Origin: Arcobacter sp.
GTDB lineage: Bacteria > Campylobacterota > Campylobacteria > Campylobacterales > Arcobacteraceae
NCBI GenBank assembly: GCA_965662175.1
Contig: CBFIGT010000042.1
Coordinates: forward strand, 1 to 17,235
Direction of reading: 5' to 3'
DNA length: 17,235 nt
Positions within the stretch are counted from its first letter, which is position 1, and every line of letters starts with the position of its first letter. Shown in pieces: positions 16,815 to 17,235 of the stretch. The notes under the pieces were generated by a model that ran no database searches, was not told the origin of the DNA, and saw nothing but the letters and a program-made list of their open reading frames with translations. The position numbers and the translations under genes are program-made.

Positions 16815-17235
16815 TGAAATATTAGAACTAAAAGAGAATTTTGAAGTTGAACTAAAAAAAGCTACTGGAAAAGATGGAAAAGGTGAACTGCCAAAAGATT
16901 TTTGGGAAACATACTCTGCTATGGCAAATAGCTATGGTGGTACAGTATTTTTAGGAATAAAAGAAAAACAGGATAAAACTTTACAAATATTGGGAATTGA
17001 AAATATAGAAAAAGTTAAAAAAGCTCTTTTTGATACTTTAAATAATCCTAAAAAAGTTAATAAAAATTTATTAACTGATAAAAATATTATAGAAATAAAA
17101 ATAGAAGAAAAAACAATTTTAAAAATCGAAATTCCAAGGGCAAAAAGAGAAGATAAACCTATTTATATTGATAATGATATTTTCGAGGGTACTTTTAAAA
17201 GAAATTTTGAGGGTGATTATAAATGTGATAAAGAA
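16804..17235 (+). CDS. AlbA_2/Schlafen-like domain protein (5' part; runs off the window end)
   Basis: Not in the ORF track; translated by hand: MNISEILELKENFEVELKKATGKDGKGELPKDFWETYSAMANSYGGTVFLGIKE...EIPRAKREDKPIYI...FKRNFEGDYKC. E..VELK and ANxxGGxxxLG are AlbA_2 motifs; RBS GAGG; 11-nt overlap with the R-M gene. Confidence 0.85.
   Translation, partial: MNISEILELKENFEVELKKATGKDGKGELPKDFWETYSAMANSYGGTVFLGIKEKQDKTLQILGIENIEKVKKALFDTLNNPKKVNKNLLTDKNIIEIKIEEKTILKIEIPRAKREDKPIYIDNDIFEGTFKRNFEGDYKCDKE

Overview
AT-rich bacterial DNA, most likely from a diazotrophic Campylobacterota (Arcobacter/Sulfurimonas-like; inferred from composition, RpoN type and a NifH insertion). Bases 1-12.5 kb are a minus-strand Mo-nitrogenase cluster in three predicted transcription units, each headed by a near-identical sigma54 promoter variant (GGAACAC-N3-[T/G]TGCA): (1) nifN, two Tpx-fold genes, ankyrin protein, SagB-type nitroreductase, hypothetical; (2) nifX, DUF269, flavodoxin, nifW, nifZ, FeSII-like gene, [2Fe-2S] ferredoxin, rpoN; (3) nifH, unknown 119-aa ORF, nifD, nifK (truncated by the window). 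Beyond 12.5 kb is accessory/defence DNA: a RhuM-family gene, a single-chain restriction-modification gene and the start of an AlbA_2/Schlafen-like gene. The most unusual observations are a Shethna-protein-II (FeSII)-like protein lacking all four cluster cysteines next to an intact ferredoxin, two tandem Tpx-like proteins lacking the catalytic Cys, rpoN encoded at the end of a sigma54-dependent nif operon, an uncharacterised gene between nifH and nifD, and a perfect 27-bp palindrome inside rhuM. Family calls come from motif recognition by eye; no searches were run.
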